Below, in pieces: positions 39,301-54,300 of a stretch of 60,000 nucleotides of DNA. A program made the translations under genes and the position numbers. Positions within the stretch are counted from its first letter, which is position 1, and every line of letters starts with the position of its first letter. Source of the DNA: Laetmonice hystrix (taxonomy: Eukaryota); NCBI GenBank assembly GCA_965235115.1, contig OZ249436.1, positions 9,550,001 to 9,610,000 of the forward strand, given 5' to 3'. The notes beneath the pieces are model-generated. The model was not told where the DNA came from. It made no database searches and saw only the letters and a program-made list of their open reading frames with translations.

Positions 39301-42300
39301 TACAGGGAGGTCAAACAGTACAGTGAAGAGTCCCTACAAGGTACTGCCTTGCCTAATACCCAAGCAAACACTACAGTGAGGCCGAACGAGGCCAAGCACT
39401 ACGAGAGGCCAATCAGCACTCTGGGAAGTCTCTACATCTTATCGGCTGGCCTACTACCCATGCAACCAGTTCAGTGAGGTAGTGGAAATGAAAGATATAG
39501 GAGAGGGGCATCTAAATGTTAAAATTTGGAGAAGATACTCAAATGGCAAGTAGACATATCACAACCGTTTATCTATAGCGAACGTACGAGACCTATAGAG
39601 GTGACAGTTATACATCTGGCCTAACAATCATAATTTTGGGGGCGTAATTTCAATTTGACGTATCAAAAATGAAGCCATTTTTCGCTTATCATTGTCTCTC
39701 CCCTAAGCGCCATAGGTGCCTGCCAGCCCGGCCAGGTATAAGGTGGTGATTACACGGGTAGCCGGAAGATGGCAGTGCAGTCAGAGGGAGGCCGCTTCAG
39801 TACTGCACTCTGGTGTTTGCTTCCAACCTCTCTGTCATCTGTTTCTACTTGGGGATGGGATATCTGATATAGAAAGGCGAATAACGTCATTTGCCATTCT
39901 TAATTAAACCTTTACGGCAAACATCCACTGGGTCTACCATACAACGTTGTCGGACGCTTACAGGTGGTGAGTAGGGGACACCGATTACATGGGGGTAAAT
40001 GATGGACGAAACGGATGGCCTGCCTCCTGGACAATAAAGGCATGGAAACATGAAACATCAGGCGTCCCTATATTACTGGCCACAGTTGTCTAAAAGCAAA
40101 CAGGACAGTGAGCCCCAAGAGTACAGGGAGGCCAAACAGTACAGTGAGGAGTCCCTACAAGGTACTGCTTTGCCTAATACCCAAGCAAACACTACAGTGA
40201 GGCCGAACAGTACAGTGAGGCCAAATAGCATACTGTCAGGCCAAGCACTACGAGAGGCCAATCAGCACTCTGGGAAGTCTCTACATCTTATCGGCTGGCC
40301 TACTACCCATGCAAACAGTTCATTGAGGTAGTGGTAATGAAAGATATAGGAGAGGGGCATCTAATGTTAAAATTTGGAGAAGATACTCAAATGGCAAGTA
40401 GACATATCACAACCGTTTATCTATAGCGAACGTACGAGACCTATAGAGGTGACAGTTATACATCTGGCCTAACAATCATAATTTTGGGGGCGTAATTTCA
40501 ATTTGACGTATCAAAAATGAAGCCATTTTTCGCTTATCATTGTCTCTCCCCTAAGCGCCAGAGGTGCCTGCCAGCCCGGCCACGTATAAGGTGGTGATTA
40601 CATGGGTAGCCGCAAGATGGCAGTGCAGTCAGAGCGAGGCCGCTTCAGTACTGCACTCTGGTGTTTGCTTCCAACCTCTCTGTCATCTGTTTCTATTTGG
40701 GGATGGGATATCTGATATAGAAAGGCGAATAACGTCATTTGCCATTCTTAATTAAACCTTTACGGCAAACATCCACTGGGTCTACCATACAACGTTGTCG
40801 GACGCTTACAGTTGGTCAGTAGGTGACACAGATTACATGGGGGTAAATGATGGACGAAACGGATGGCCTGCCTCCTGGACCATAAAGGCATGGAAACATG
40901 AAACATGAGGCGGCCCTATATTACTGGCCACAGTTGTATAGAAGCAAACAGGACAGTGAGCCCCAAGAGTACAGGGAGGCCAAACAGTACAGTGAGGAGT
41001 CCCTACAAGGTACTGCTTTGCCTAATACCCAAGCAAACACTACAGTGAGGCCGAACAGTACAGTGAGGCCAAATAGTATACTGTGAGGCCAAGCACTACG
41101 AGAGGCCAATCAATACTCTGGGAAGTCTCTACATCTTATCGGCTAGCCTACTACCCATGCAAACAGTTCAGTGAGGTAGTGGAAATGAAAGATATAGGAG
41201 AGGGGCATCTAAATGTTAAAATTTGGAGAAGATACTCAAATGGCAAGTAGACATATCACAACCGTTTATCTATAGCGAACGTACGAGACCTATAGAGGTG
41301 ACAGTTATACATCTGGCCTAACAATCATAATTTTGGGGGCGTAATTTCAATTTGACGTATCAAAAATGAAGCCATTTTTCGCTTATCATTGTCTCTCCCC
41401 TAAGCGCCATAGGTGCCTGCCAGCCCGGCCAGGTATAAGGTGGTGATTACACGGGTAGCCGGAAGATGGCAGTGCAGTCAGAGGGAGGCCGCTTCAGTAC
41501 TGCACTCTGGTGTTTGCTTCCAACCTCTCTGTCATCTGTTTCTACTTGGGGATGGGATATCTGATATAGAAAGGCGAATAACGTCATTTGCCATTGTTAA
41601 TTAAACCTTTACGGCAAACATCCACTGGGTCTACCATACAACGTTGTCGGACGCTTACAGGTGGTGAGTAGGGGACACCGATTACATGGGGGTAAATGAT
41701 GGACGAAACGGATGGCCTGCCTCCTGGACAATAAAGGCATGGAAACATGAAACATCAGGCGTCCCTATATTACTGGCCACAGTTGTCTAAAAGCAAACAG
41801 GACAGTGAGCCCCAAGAGTACAGGGAGGCCAAACAGTACAGTGAGGAGTCCCTACAAGGTACTGCTTTGCCTAATACCCAAGCAAACACTACAGTGAGGC
41901 CGAACAGTACAGTGAGGCCAAATAGCATACTGTCAGGCCAAGTACTACGAGAGGCCAATCAGCACTCTGGGAAGTCTCTACATCTTATCGGCTGGCCTAC
42001 TACCCATGCAAACAGTTCATTGAGGTAGTGGTAATGAAAGATATAGGAGAGGGGCATCTAATGTTAAAATTTGGAGAAGATACTCAAATGGCAAGTAGAC
42101 ATATCACAACCGTTTATCTATAGCGAACGTACGAGACCTATAGAGGTGACAGTTATACATCTGGCCTAACAATCATAATTTTGGGGGCGTAATTTCAATT
42201 TGACGTATCAAAAATGAAGCCATTTTTCGCTTATCATTGTCTCTCCCCTAAGCGCCAGAGGTGCCTGCCAGCCCGGCCACGTATAAGGTGGTGATTACAT

Positions 42301-45300
42301 GGGTAGCCGCAAGATGGCAGTGCAGTCAGAGCGAGGCCGCTTCAGTACTGCACTCTGGTGTTTGCTTCCAACCTCTCTGTCATCTGTTTCTATTTGGGGA
42401 TGGGATATCTGATATAGAAAGGCGAATAACGTCATTTGCCATTCTTAATTAAACCTTTACGGCAAACATCCACTGGGTCTACCATACAACGTTGTCGGAC
42501 GCTTACAGGTGGTCAGTAGGTGACACAGATTACATGGGGGTAAATGATGGACGAAACGGATGGCCTGCCTCCTGGACCATAAAGGCATGGAAACATGAAA
42601 CATGAGGCGGCCCTATATTACTGGCCACAGTTGTATAGAAGCAAACAGGACAGTGAGCCCCAAGAGTACAGGGAGGCCAAACAGTACAGTGAGGAGTCCC
42701 TACAAGGTACTGCTTTGCCTAATACCCAAGCAAACACTACAGTGAGGCCGAACAGTACAGTGAGGCCAAATAGTATACTGTGAGGCCAAGCACTACGAGA
42801 GGCCAATCAATACTCTGGGAAGTCTCTACATCTTATCGGCTAGCCTACCACCCATGCAAACAGTTCAGTGAGGTAGTGGAAATGAAAGATATAGGCGAGG
42901 GGCATCTAATGTTAAAATTTGGAGAAGATAATCAAATGGCAAGTAGACATATCACAACCGTTTATCTATAGCGAACGTACGAGACCTATAGAGGTGACAG
43001 TTATACATCTGGTCTAACAATCATAATTTTGGGGGCGTAATTTCAATTTGACGTATCAAAAATGAAGCCATTTTTCGCTTATCATTGTCTCTCCCCTAAT
43101 GCGCCATAGGTGCCTGCCAGCCCGGCCACGTATAAGGTGGTGATTACATGGGTAGCCGGAAGATGGCAGTGCAGTCAGAGCGAGGCCGCTTCAGTACTGC
43201 ACTCTGGTGTTTGCTTCCAACCTCTCTGTCATCTGTTTCTATTTGGGGATGGGATATCTGATATAGAAAGGCGAATAACGTCATTTGCCAGTGTTAATTA
43301 AACCTTTAGGCAAACATCCACTGAGTCTACCATACAACGTTGTCGGACGCTTACAGGTGGTCAGCAGGGGACACAGATTACATGGGGGTAAATGATGGAC
43401 GAAACGGATGGCCTGCCTCCTGGACAATAAAGGCATGGAAACATGAAACATGAGGCGTCCCTATATTACTGGCTACAGTTGTATAGAAGCAAACAGTACA
43501 GTGATGCCTAAGAGTACAGGGAGGCTAAACAGTACAGTGAAGAATCCCTACAAGGTCCTGCATTGCCTAATACCCAAGCAAACACTACAGTGAGGCCGAA
43601 CAGTACAGTGAGGCCAAATAGTATACTGTGAGGCCAAGCACTACGAGAGGCCAATCAGTACTCTGGGAAGTCTCTACATCTTATCGGCTGGCCTACCACC
43701 CATGCAAACAGTTCAGTGAGGTAGTGGAAATAAAAGATATAGGAGAGGGGCATCTAAATGTTAAAATTTGGAGAAGATACTCAAATGGCAAGTAGACATA
43801 TCACAACCGTTTATCTATAGCGAACGTACGAGACCTATAGAGGTGACAGTTATACATCTGGCCTAACAATCATAATTTTGGGGGCGTAATTTCAATTTGA
43901 CGTATCAAAAATGAAGCCATTTTTCGCTTATCATTGTCTCTCCCCTAAGCGCCATAGGTGCCTGCCAGCCCAATCAGGTATAAGGTGCTGATTACATGGG
44001 TAGCCGGAAGATGGCAGTGCAGTCAGACGGAGGCCGCTTCAGTACTGCACTCTGGTGTTTGCTTCCAACCTCTCTGTCATCTGTTTCTACTTGGGGATGG
44101 GATATCTGATATAGAAAGGCGAATAACGTCATTTGCCATTGTTAATTAAACCTTTACGGCAAACATCCACTGGGTCTACCATACAACGTTGTCGGACGCT
44201 TACAGGTGGTCAGTAGGGGACACAGATTACATGGGGGTAAATGATGGACGAAACGGATGGCCTGCCTCCTGGACAATAAAGGCATGGAAACATGAAACAT
44301 CAGGCGTCCCTATATTACTGGCCACAGTTGTATAGAAGCAAACAGGACAGTGAGCCCCAAGAGTACAGGGAGGTCAAACAGTACAGTGAAGAGTCCCTAC
44401 AAGGTACTGCCTTGCCTAATACCCAAGCAAACACTACAGTGAGGCCGAACGAGGCCAAGCACTACGAGAGGCCAATCAGCACTCTGGGAAGTCTCTACAT
44501 CTTATCGGCTGGCCTACTACCCATGCAACCAGTTCAGTGAGGTAGTGGAAATGAAAGATATAGGAGAGGGGCATCTAAATGTTAAAATTTGGAGAAGATA
44601 CTCAAATGGCAAGTAGACATATCACAACCGTTTATCTATAGCGAACGTACGAGACCTATAGAGGTGACAGTTATACATCTGGCCTAACAATCATAATTTT
44701 GGGGGCGTAATTTCAATTTGACGTATCAAAAATGAAGCCATTTTTCGCTTATCATTGTCTCTCCCCTAAGCGCCATAGGTGCCTGCCAGCCCGGCCAGGT
44801 ATAAGGTGGTGATTACACGGGTAGCCGGAAGATGGCAGTGCAGTCAGAGGGAGGCCGCTTCAGTACTGCACTCTGGTGTTTGCTTCCAACCTCTCTGTCA
44901 TCTGTTTCTACTTGGGGATGGGATATCTGATATAGAAAGGCGAATAACGTCATTTGCCATTGTTAATTAAACCTTTACGGCAAACATCCACTGGGTCTAC
45001 CATACAACGTTGTCGGACGCTTACAGGTGGTGAGTAGGGGACACCGATTACATGGGGGTAAATGATGGACGAAACGGATGGCCTGCCTCCTGGACAATAA
45101 AGGCATGGAAACATGAAACATGAGGCGTCCCTATATTACTGGCCACAGTTGTCTAAAAGCAAACAGGACAGTGAGCCCCAAGAGTACAGGGAGGCCAAAC
45201 AGTACAGTGAGGAGTCCCTACAAGGTACTGCTTTGCCTAATACCCAAGCAAACACTACAGTGAGGCCGAACAGTACAGTGAGGCCAAATAGCATACTGTC

Positions 45301-48300
45301 AGGCCAAGCACTACGAGAGGCCAATCAGCACTCTGGGAAGTCTCTACATCTTATCGGCTGGCCTACTACCCATGCAAACAGTTCATTGAGGTAGTGGTAA
45401 TGAAAGATATAGGAGAGGGGCATCTAATGTTAAAATTTGGAGAAGATACTCAAATGGCAAGTAGACATATCACAACCGTTTATCTATAGCGAACGTACGA
45501 GACCTATAGAGGTGACAGTTATACATCTGGCCTAACAATCATAATTTTGGGGGCGTAATTTCAATTTGACGTATCAAAAATGAAGCCATTTTTCGCTTAT
45601 CATTGTCTCTCCCCTAAGCGCCAGAGGTGCCTGCCAGCCCGGCCACGTATAAGGTGGTGATTACATGGGTAGCCGCAAGATGGCAGTGCAGTCAGAGCGA
45701 GGCCGCTTCAGTACTGCACTCTGGTGTTTGCTTCCAACCTCTCTGTCATCTGTTTCTATTTGGGGATGGGATATCTGATATAGAAAGGCGAATAACGTCA
45801 TTTGCCATTCTTAATTAAACCTTTACGGCAAACATCCACTGGGTCTACCATACAACGTTGTCGGACGCTTACAGGTGGTCAGTAGGTGACACAGATTACA
45901 TGGGGGTAAATGATGGACGAAACGGATGGCCTGCCTCCTGGACCATAAAGGCATGGAAACATGAAACATGAGGCGGCCCTATATTACTGGCCACAGTTGT
46001 ATAGAAGCAAACAGGACAGTGAGCCCCAAGAGTACAGGGAGGCCAAACAGTACAGTGAGGAGTCCCTACAAGGTACTGCTTTGCCTAATACCCAAGCAAA
46101 CACTACAGTGAGGCCGAACAGTACAGTGAGGCCAAATAGTATACTGTGAGGCCAAGCACTACGAGAGGCCAATCAATACTCTGGGAAGTCTCTACATCTT
46201 ATCGGCTAGCCTACTACCCATGCAAACAGTTCAGTGAGGTAGTGGAAATGAAAGATATAGGAGAGGGGCATCTAAATGTTAAAATTTGGAGAAGATACTC
46301 AAATGGCAAGTAGACATATCACAACCGTTTATCTATAGCGAACGTACGAGACCTATAGAGGTGACAGTTATACATCTGGCCTAACAATCATAATTTTGGG
46401 GGCGTAATTTCAATTTGACGTATCAAAAATGAAGCCATTTTTCGCTTATCATTGTCTCTCCCCTAAGCGCCATAGGTGCCTGCCAGCCCGGCCAGGTATA
46501 AGGTGGTGATTACACGGGTAGCCGGAAGATGGCAGTGCAGTCAGAGGGAGGCCGCTTCAGTACTGCACTCTGGTGTTTGCTTCCAACCTCTCTGTCATCT
46601 GTTTCTACTTGGGGATGGGATATCTGATATAGAAAGGCGAATAACGTCATTTGCCATTGTTAATTAAACCTTTACGGCAAACATCCACTGGGTCTACCAT
46701 ACAACGTTGTCGGACGCTTACAGGTGGTGAGTAGGGGACACCGATTACATGGGGGTAAATGATGGACGAAACGGATGGCCTGCCTCCTGGACAATAAAGG
46801 CATGGAAACATGAAACATGAGGCGTCCCTATATTACTGGCCACAGTTGTCTAAAAGCAAACAGGACAGTGAGCCCCAAGAGTACAGGGAGGCCAAACAGT
46901 ACAGTGAGGAGTCCCTACAAGGTACTGCTTTGCCTAATACCCAAGCAAACACTACAGTGAGGCCGAACAGTACAGTGAGGCCAAATAGCATACTGTCAGG
47001 CCAAGCACTACGAGAGGCCAATCAGCACTCTGGGAAGTCTCTACATCTTATCGGCTGGCCTACTACCCATGCAAACAGTTCATTGAGGTAGTGGTAATGA
47101 AAGATATAGGAGAGGGGCATCTAATGTTAAAATTTGGAGAAGATACTCAAATGGCAAGTAGACATATCACAACCGTTTATCTATAGCGAACGTACGAGAC
47201 CTATAGAGGTGACAGTTATACATCTGGCCTAACAATCATAATTTTGGGGGCGTAATTTCAATTTGACGTATCAAAAATGAAGCCATTTTTCGCTTATCAT
47301 TGTCTCTCCCCTAAGCGCCAGAGGTGCCTGCCAGCCCGGCCACGTATAAGGTGGTGATTACATGGGTAGCCGCAAGATGGCAGTGCAGTCAGAGCGAGGC
47401 CGCTTCAGTACTGCACTCTGGTGTTTGCTTCCAACCTCTCTGTCATCTGTTTCTATTTGGGGATGGGATATCTGATATAGAAAGGCGAATAACGTCATTT
47501 GCCATTCTTAATTAAACCTTTACGGCAAACATCCACTGGGTCTACCATACAACGTTGTCGGACGCTTACAGGTGGTCAGTAGGTGACACAGATTACATGG
47601 GGGTAAATGATGGACGAAACGGATGGCCTGCCTCCTGGACCATAAAGGCATGGAAACATAAAACATGAGGCGGCCCTATATTACTGGCCACAGTTGTATA
47701 GAAGCAAACAGGACAGTGAGCCCCAAGAGTACAGGGAGGCCAAACAGTACAGTGAGGAGTCCCTACAAGGTACTGCTTTGCCTAATACCCAAGCAAACAC
47801 TACAGTGAGGCCGAACAGTACAGTGAGGCCAAATAGTATACTGTGAGGCCAAGCACTACGAGAGGCCAATCAATACTCTGGGAAGTCTCTACATCTTATC
47901 GGCTAGCCTACCACCCATGCAAACAGTTCAGTGAGGTAGTGGAAATGAAAGATATAGGCGAGGGGCATCTAATGTTAAAATTTGGAGAAGATAATCAAAT
48001 GGCAAGTAGACATATCACAACCGTTTATCTATAGCGAACGTACGAGACCTATAGAGGTGACAGTTATACATCTGGTCTAACAATCATAATTTTGGGGGCG
48101 TAATTTCAATTTGACGTATCAAAAATGAAGCCATTTTTCGCTTATCATTGTCTCTCCCCTAATGCGCCATAGGTGCCTGCCAGCCCGGCCACGTATAAGG
48201 TGGTGATTACATGGGTAGCCGGAAGATGGCAGTGCAGTCAGAGCGAGGCCGCTTCAGTACTGCACTCTGGTGTTTGCTTCCAACCTCTCTGTCATCTGTT

Positions 48301-51300
48301 TCTATTTGGGGATGGGATATCTGATATAGAAAGGCGAATAACGTCATTTGCCAGTGTTAATTAAACCTTTAGGCAAACATCCACTGAGTCTACCATACAA
48401 CGTTGTCGGACGCTTACAGGTGGTCAGCAGGGGACACAGATTACATGGGGGTAAATGATGGACGAAACGGATGGCCTGCCTCCTGGACAATAAAGGCATG
48501 GAAACATGAAACATGAGGCGTCCCTATATTACTGGCTACAGTTGTATAGAAGCAAACAGTACAGTGATGCCTAAGAGTACAGGGAGGCTAAACAGTACAG
48601 TGAAGAATCCCTACAAGGTCCTGCATTGCCTAATACCCAAGCAAACACTACAGTGAGGCCGAACAGTACAGTGAGGCCAAATAGTATACTGTGAGGCCAA
48701 GCACTACGAGAGGCCAATCAGTACTCTGGGAAGTCTCTACATCTTATCGGCTGGCCTACCACCCATGCAAACAGTTCAGTGAGGTAGTGGAAATAAAAGA
48801 TATAGGAGAGGGGCATCTAAATGTTAAAATTTGGAGAAGATACTCAAATGGCAAGTAGACATATCACAACCGTTTATCTATAGCGAACGTACGAGACCTA
48901 TAGAGGTGACAGTTATACATCTGGCCTAACAATCATAATTTTGGGGGCGTAATTTCAATTTGACGTATCAAAAATGAAGCCATTTTTCGCTTATCATTGT
49001 CTCTCCCCTAAGCGCCATAGGTGCCTGCCAGCCCAATCAGGTATAAGGTGCTGATTACATGGGTAGCCGGAAGATGGCAGTGCAGTCAGACGGAGGCCGC
49101 TTCAGTACTGCACTCTGGTGTTTGCTTCCAACCTCTCTGTCATCTGTTTCTACTTGGGGATGGGATATCTGATATAGAAAGGCGAATAACGTCATTTGCC
49201 ATTGTTAATTAAACCTTTACGGCAAACATCCACTGGGTCTACCATACAACGTTGTCGGACGCTTACAGGTGGTCAGTAGGGGACACAGATTACATGGGGG
49301 TAAATGATGGACGAAACGGATGGCCTGCCTCCTGGACAATAAAGGCATGGAAACATGAAACATCAGGCGTCCCTATATTACTGGCCACAGTTGTATAGAA
49401 GCAAACAGGACAGTGAGCCCCAAGAGTACAGGGAGGTCAAACAGTACAGTGAAGAGTCCCCACAAGGTACTGCCTTGCCTAATACCCAAGCAAACACTAC
49501 AGTGAGGCCGAACGAGGCCAAGCACTACGAGAGGCCAATCAGCACTCTGGGAAGTCTCTACATCTTATCGGCTGGCCTACTACCCATGCAACCAGTTCAG
49601 TGAGGTAGTGGAAATGAAAGATATAGGAGAGGGGCATCTAAATGTTAAAATTTGGAGAAGATACTCAAATGGCAAGTAGACATATCACAACCGTTTATCT
49701 ATAGCGAACGTACGAGACCTATAGAGGTGACAGTTATACATCTGGCCTAACAATCATAATTTTGGGGGCGTAATTTCAATTTGACGTATCAAAAATGAAG
49801 CCATTTTTCGCTTATCATTGTCTCTCCCCTAAGCGCCATAGGTGCCTGCCAGCCCGGCCAGGTATAAGGTGGTGATTACACGGGTAGCCGGAAGATGGCA
49901 GTGCAGTCAGAGGGAGGCCGCTTCAGTACTGCACTCTGGTGTTTGCTTCCAACCTCTCTGTCATCTGTTTCTACTTGGGGATGGGATATCTGATATAGAA
50001 AGGCGAATAACGTCATTTGCCATTGTTAATTAAACCTTTACGGCAAACATCCACTGGGTCTACCATACAACGTTGTCGGACGCTTACAGGTGGTGAGTAG
50101 GGGACACCGATTACATGGGGGTAAATGATGGACGAAACGGATGGCCTGCCTCCTGGACAATAAAGGCATGGAAACATGAAACATGAGGCGTCCCTATATT
50201 ACTGGCCACAGTTGTCTAAAAGCAAACAGGACAGTGAGCCCCAAGAGTACAGGGAGGCCAAACAGTACAGTGAGGAGTCCCTACAAGGTACTGCTTTGCC
50301 TAATACCCAAGCAAACACTACAGTGAGGCCGAACAGTACAGTGAGGCCAAATAGCATACTGTCAGGCCAAGCACTACGAGAGGCCAATCAGCACTCTGGG
50401 AAGTCTCTACATCTTATCGGCTGGCCTACTACCCATGCAAACAGTTCATTGAGGTAGTGGTAATGAAAGATATAGGAGAGGGGCATCTAATGTTAAAATT
50501 TGGAGAAGATACTCAAATGGCAAGTAGACATATCACAACCGTTTATCTATAGCGAACGTACGAGACCTATAGAGGTGACAGTTATACATCTGGCCTAACA
50601 ATCATAATTTTGGGGGCGTAATTTCAATTTGACGTATCAAAAATGAAGCCATTTTTCGCTTATCATTGTCTCTCCCCTAAGCGCCAGAGGTGCCTGCCAG
50701 CCCGGCCACGTATAAGGTGGTGATTACATGGGTAGCCGCAAGATGGCAGTGCAGTCAGAGCGAGGCCGCTTCAGTACTGCACTCTGGTGTTTGCTTCCAA
50801 CCTCTCTGTCATCTGTTTCTATTTGGGGATGGGATATCTGATATAGAAAGGCGAATAACGTCATTTGCCATTCTTAATTAAACCTTTACGGCAAACATCC
50901 ACTGGGTCTACCATACAACGTTGTCGGACGCTTACAGGTGGTCAGTAGGTGACACAGATTACATGGGGGTAAATGATGGACGAAACGGATGGCCTGCCTC
51001 CTGGACCATAAAGGCATGGAAACATGAAACATGAGGCGGCCCTATATTACTGGCCACAGTTGTATAGAAGCAAACAGGACAGTGAGCCCCAAGAGTACAG
51101 GGAGGCCAAACAGTACAGTGAGGAGTCCCTACAAGGTACTGCTTTGCCTAATACCCAAGCAAACACTACAGTGAGGCCGAACAGTACAGTGAGGCCAAAT
51201 AGTATACTGTGAGGCCAAGCACTACGAGAGGCCAATCAATACTCTGGGAAGTCTCTACATCTTATCGGCTAGCCTACCACCCATGCAAACAGTTCAGTGA

Positions 51301-54300
51301 GGTAGTGGAAATGAAAGATATAGGCGAGGGGCATCTAATGTTAAAATTTGGAGAAGATAATCAAATGGCAAGTAGACATATCACAACCGTTTATCTATAG
51401 CGAACGTACGAGACCTATAGAGGTGACAGTTATACATCTGGTCTAACAATCATAATTTTGGGGGCGTAATTTCAATTTGACGTATCAAAAATGAAGCCAT
51501 TTTTCGCTTATCATTGTCTCTCCCCTAAGCGCCATAGGTGCCTGCCAGCCCGGCCACGTATAAGGTGGTGATTACATGGGTAGCCGGAAGATGGCAGTGC
51601 AGTCAGAGCGAGGCCGCTTCAGTACTGCACTCTGGTGTTTGCTTCCAACCTCTCTGTCATCTGTTTCTATTTGGGGATGGGATATCTGATATAGAAAGGC
51701 GAATAACGTCATTTGCGAGTGTTAATTAAACCTTTAGGCAAACATCCACTGAGTCTACCATACAACGTTGTCGGACGCTTACAGGTGGTCAGCAGGGGAC
51801 ACAGATTACATGGGGGTAAATGATGGACGAAACGGATGGCCTGCCTCCTGGACAATAAAGGCATGGAAACATGAAACATGAGGCGTCCCTATATTACTGG
51901 CTACAGTTGTATAGAAGCAAACAGTACAGTGATGCCTAAGAGTACAGGGAGGCTAAACAGTACAGTGAGGAATCCCTACAAGGTCCTGCATTGCCTAATA
52001 CCTAAGCAAACACTACAGTGAGGCCGAACAGTACAGTGAGGCCAAATAGTATACTGTGAGGCCAAGCACTACGAGAGGCCAATCAGTACTCTGGGAAGTC
52101 TCTACATCTTATCGGCTGGCCTACCACCCATGCAAACAGTTCAGTGAGGTAGTGGAAATGAAAGATATAGGCGAGGGGCATCTAATGTTAAAATTTGGAG
52201 AAGATACTCAAATGGCAAGTAGACATATCACAACCGTTTATCTATAGCGAACGTACGAGACCTATAGAGGTGACAGTTATACATCTGGCCTAACAATCAT
52301 AATTTTGGGGGCGTAATTTCAATTTGACGTATCAAAAATGAAGCCATTTTTCGCTTATCATTGTCTCTCCCCTAAGCGCCATAGGTGCCTGCCAGCCCAA
52401 TCAGGTATAAGGTGCTGATTACATGGGTAGCCGGAAGATGGCAGTGCAGTCAGAGGGAGGCCGCTTCAGTACTGCACTCTGGTGTTTGCTTCCAACCTCT
52501 CTGTCATCTGTTTCTACTTGGGGATGGGATATCTGATATAGAAAGGCGAATAACGTCATTTGCCATTGTTAATTAAACCTTTACGGCAAACATCCACTGA
52601 GTCTACCATACAACGTTGTCGGACGCTTACAGGTGGTGAGTAGGGGACACCGATTACATGGGGGTAAATGATGGACGAAACGGATGGCCTGCCTCCTGGA
52701 CAATAAAGGCATGGAAACATGAAACATCAGGCGGCCCTATATTACTGGCCACAGTTGTCTAAAAGCAAACAGGACAGTGAGCCCCAAGAGTACAGGGAGG
52801 CCAAACAGTACAGTGAGGAGTCCCTACAAGGTACTGCTTTGCCTAATACCCAAGCAAACACTACAGTGAGGCCGAACAGTACAGTGAGGCCAAATAGCAT
52901 ACTGTCAGGCCAAGCACTACGAGAGGCCAATCAGCACTCTGGGAAGTCTCTACATCTTATCGGCTGGCCTACTACCCATGCAAACAGTTCATTGAGGTAG
53001 TGGTAATGAAAGATATAGGAGAGGGGCATCTAATGTTAAAATTTGGAGAAGATACTCAAATGGCAAGTAGACATATCACAACCGTTTATCTATAGCGAAC
53101 GTACGAGACCTATAGAGGTGACAGTTATACATCTGGCCTAACAATCATAATTTTGGGGGCGTAATTTTAATTTGACGTATCAAAAATGAAGCCATTTTTC
53201 ACTTATCATTGTCTCTCCCCTAAGCGCCAGAGGTGCCTGCCAGCCCGGCCACGTATAATGTGGTGATTACATGGGTAGCCGCAAGATGGCAGTGCAGTCA
53301 GAGCGAGGCCGCTTCAGTACTGCACTCTGGTGTTTGCTTCCAACCTCTCTGTCATCTGTTTCTATTTGGGGATGGGATATCTGATATAGAAAGGCGAATA
53401 ACGTCATTTGCCATTCTTAATTAAACCTTTACGGCAAACATCCACTGGGTCTACCATACAACGTTGTCGGACGCTTACAGGTGGTCAGTAGGTGACACAG
53501 ATTACATGGGGGTAAATGATGGACGAAACGGATGGCCTGCCTCCTGGACCATAAAGGCATGGAAACATGAAACATGAGGCGGCCCTATATTACTGGCCAC
53601 AGTTGTATAGAAGCAAACAGGACAGTGAGCCCCAAGAGTACAGGGAGGCCAAACAGTACAGTGAGGAGTCCCTACAAGGTACTGCTTTGCCTAATACCCA
53701 AGCAAACACTACAGTGAGGCCGAACAGTACAGTGAGGCCAAATAGTATACTGTGAGGCCAAGCACTACGAGAGGCCAATCAATACTCTGGGAAGTCTCTA
53801 CATCTTATCGGCTAGCCTACCACCCATGCAAACAGTTCAGTGAGGTAGTGGAAATGAAAGATATAGGCGAGGGGCATCTAATGTTAAAATTTGGAGAAGA
53901 TAATCAAATGGCAAGTAGACATATCACAACCGTTTATCTATAGCGAACGTACGAGACCTATAGAGGTGACAGTTATACATCTGGTCTAACAATCATAATT
54001 TTGGGGGCGTAATTTCAATTTGACGTATCAAAAATGAAGCCATTTTTCGCTTATCATTGTCTCTCCCCTAATGCGCCATAGGTGCCTGCCAGCCCGGCCA
54101 CGTATAAGGTGGTGATTACATGGGTAGCCGGAAGATGGCAGTGCAGTCAGAGCGAGGCCGCTTCAGTACTGCACTCTGGTGTTTGCTTCCAACCTCTCTG
54201 TCATCTGTTTCTATTTGGGGATGGGATATCTGATATAGAAAGGCGAATAACGTCATTTGCCAGTGTTAATTAAACCTTTAGGCAAACATCCACTGAGTCT

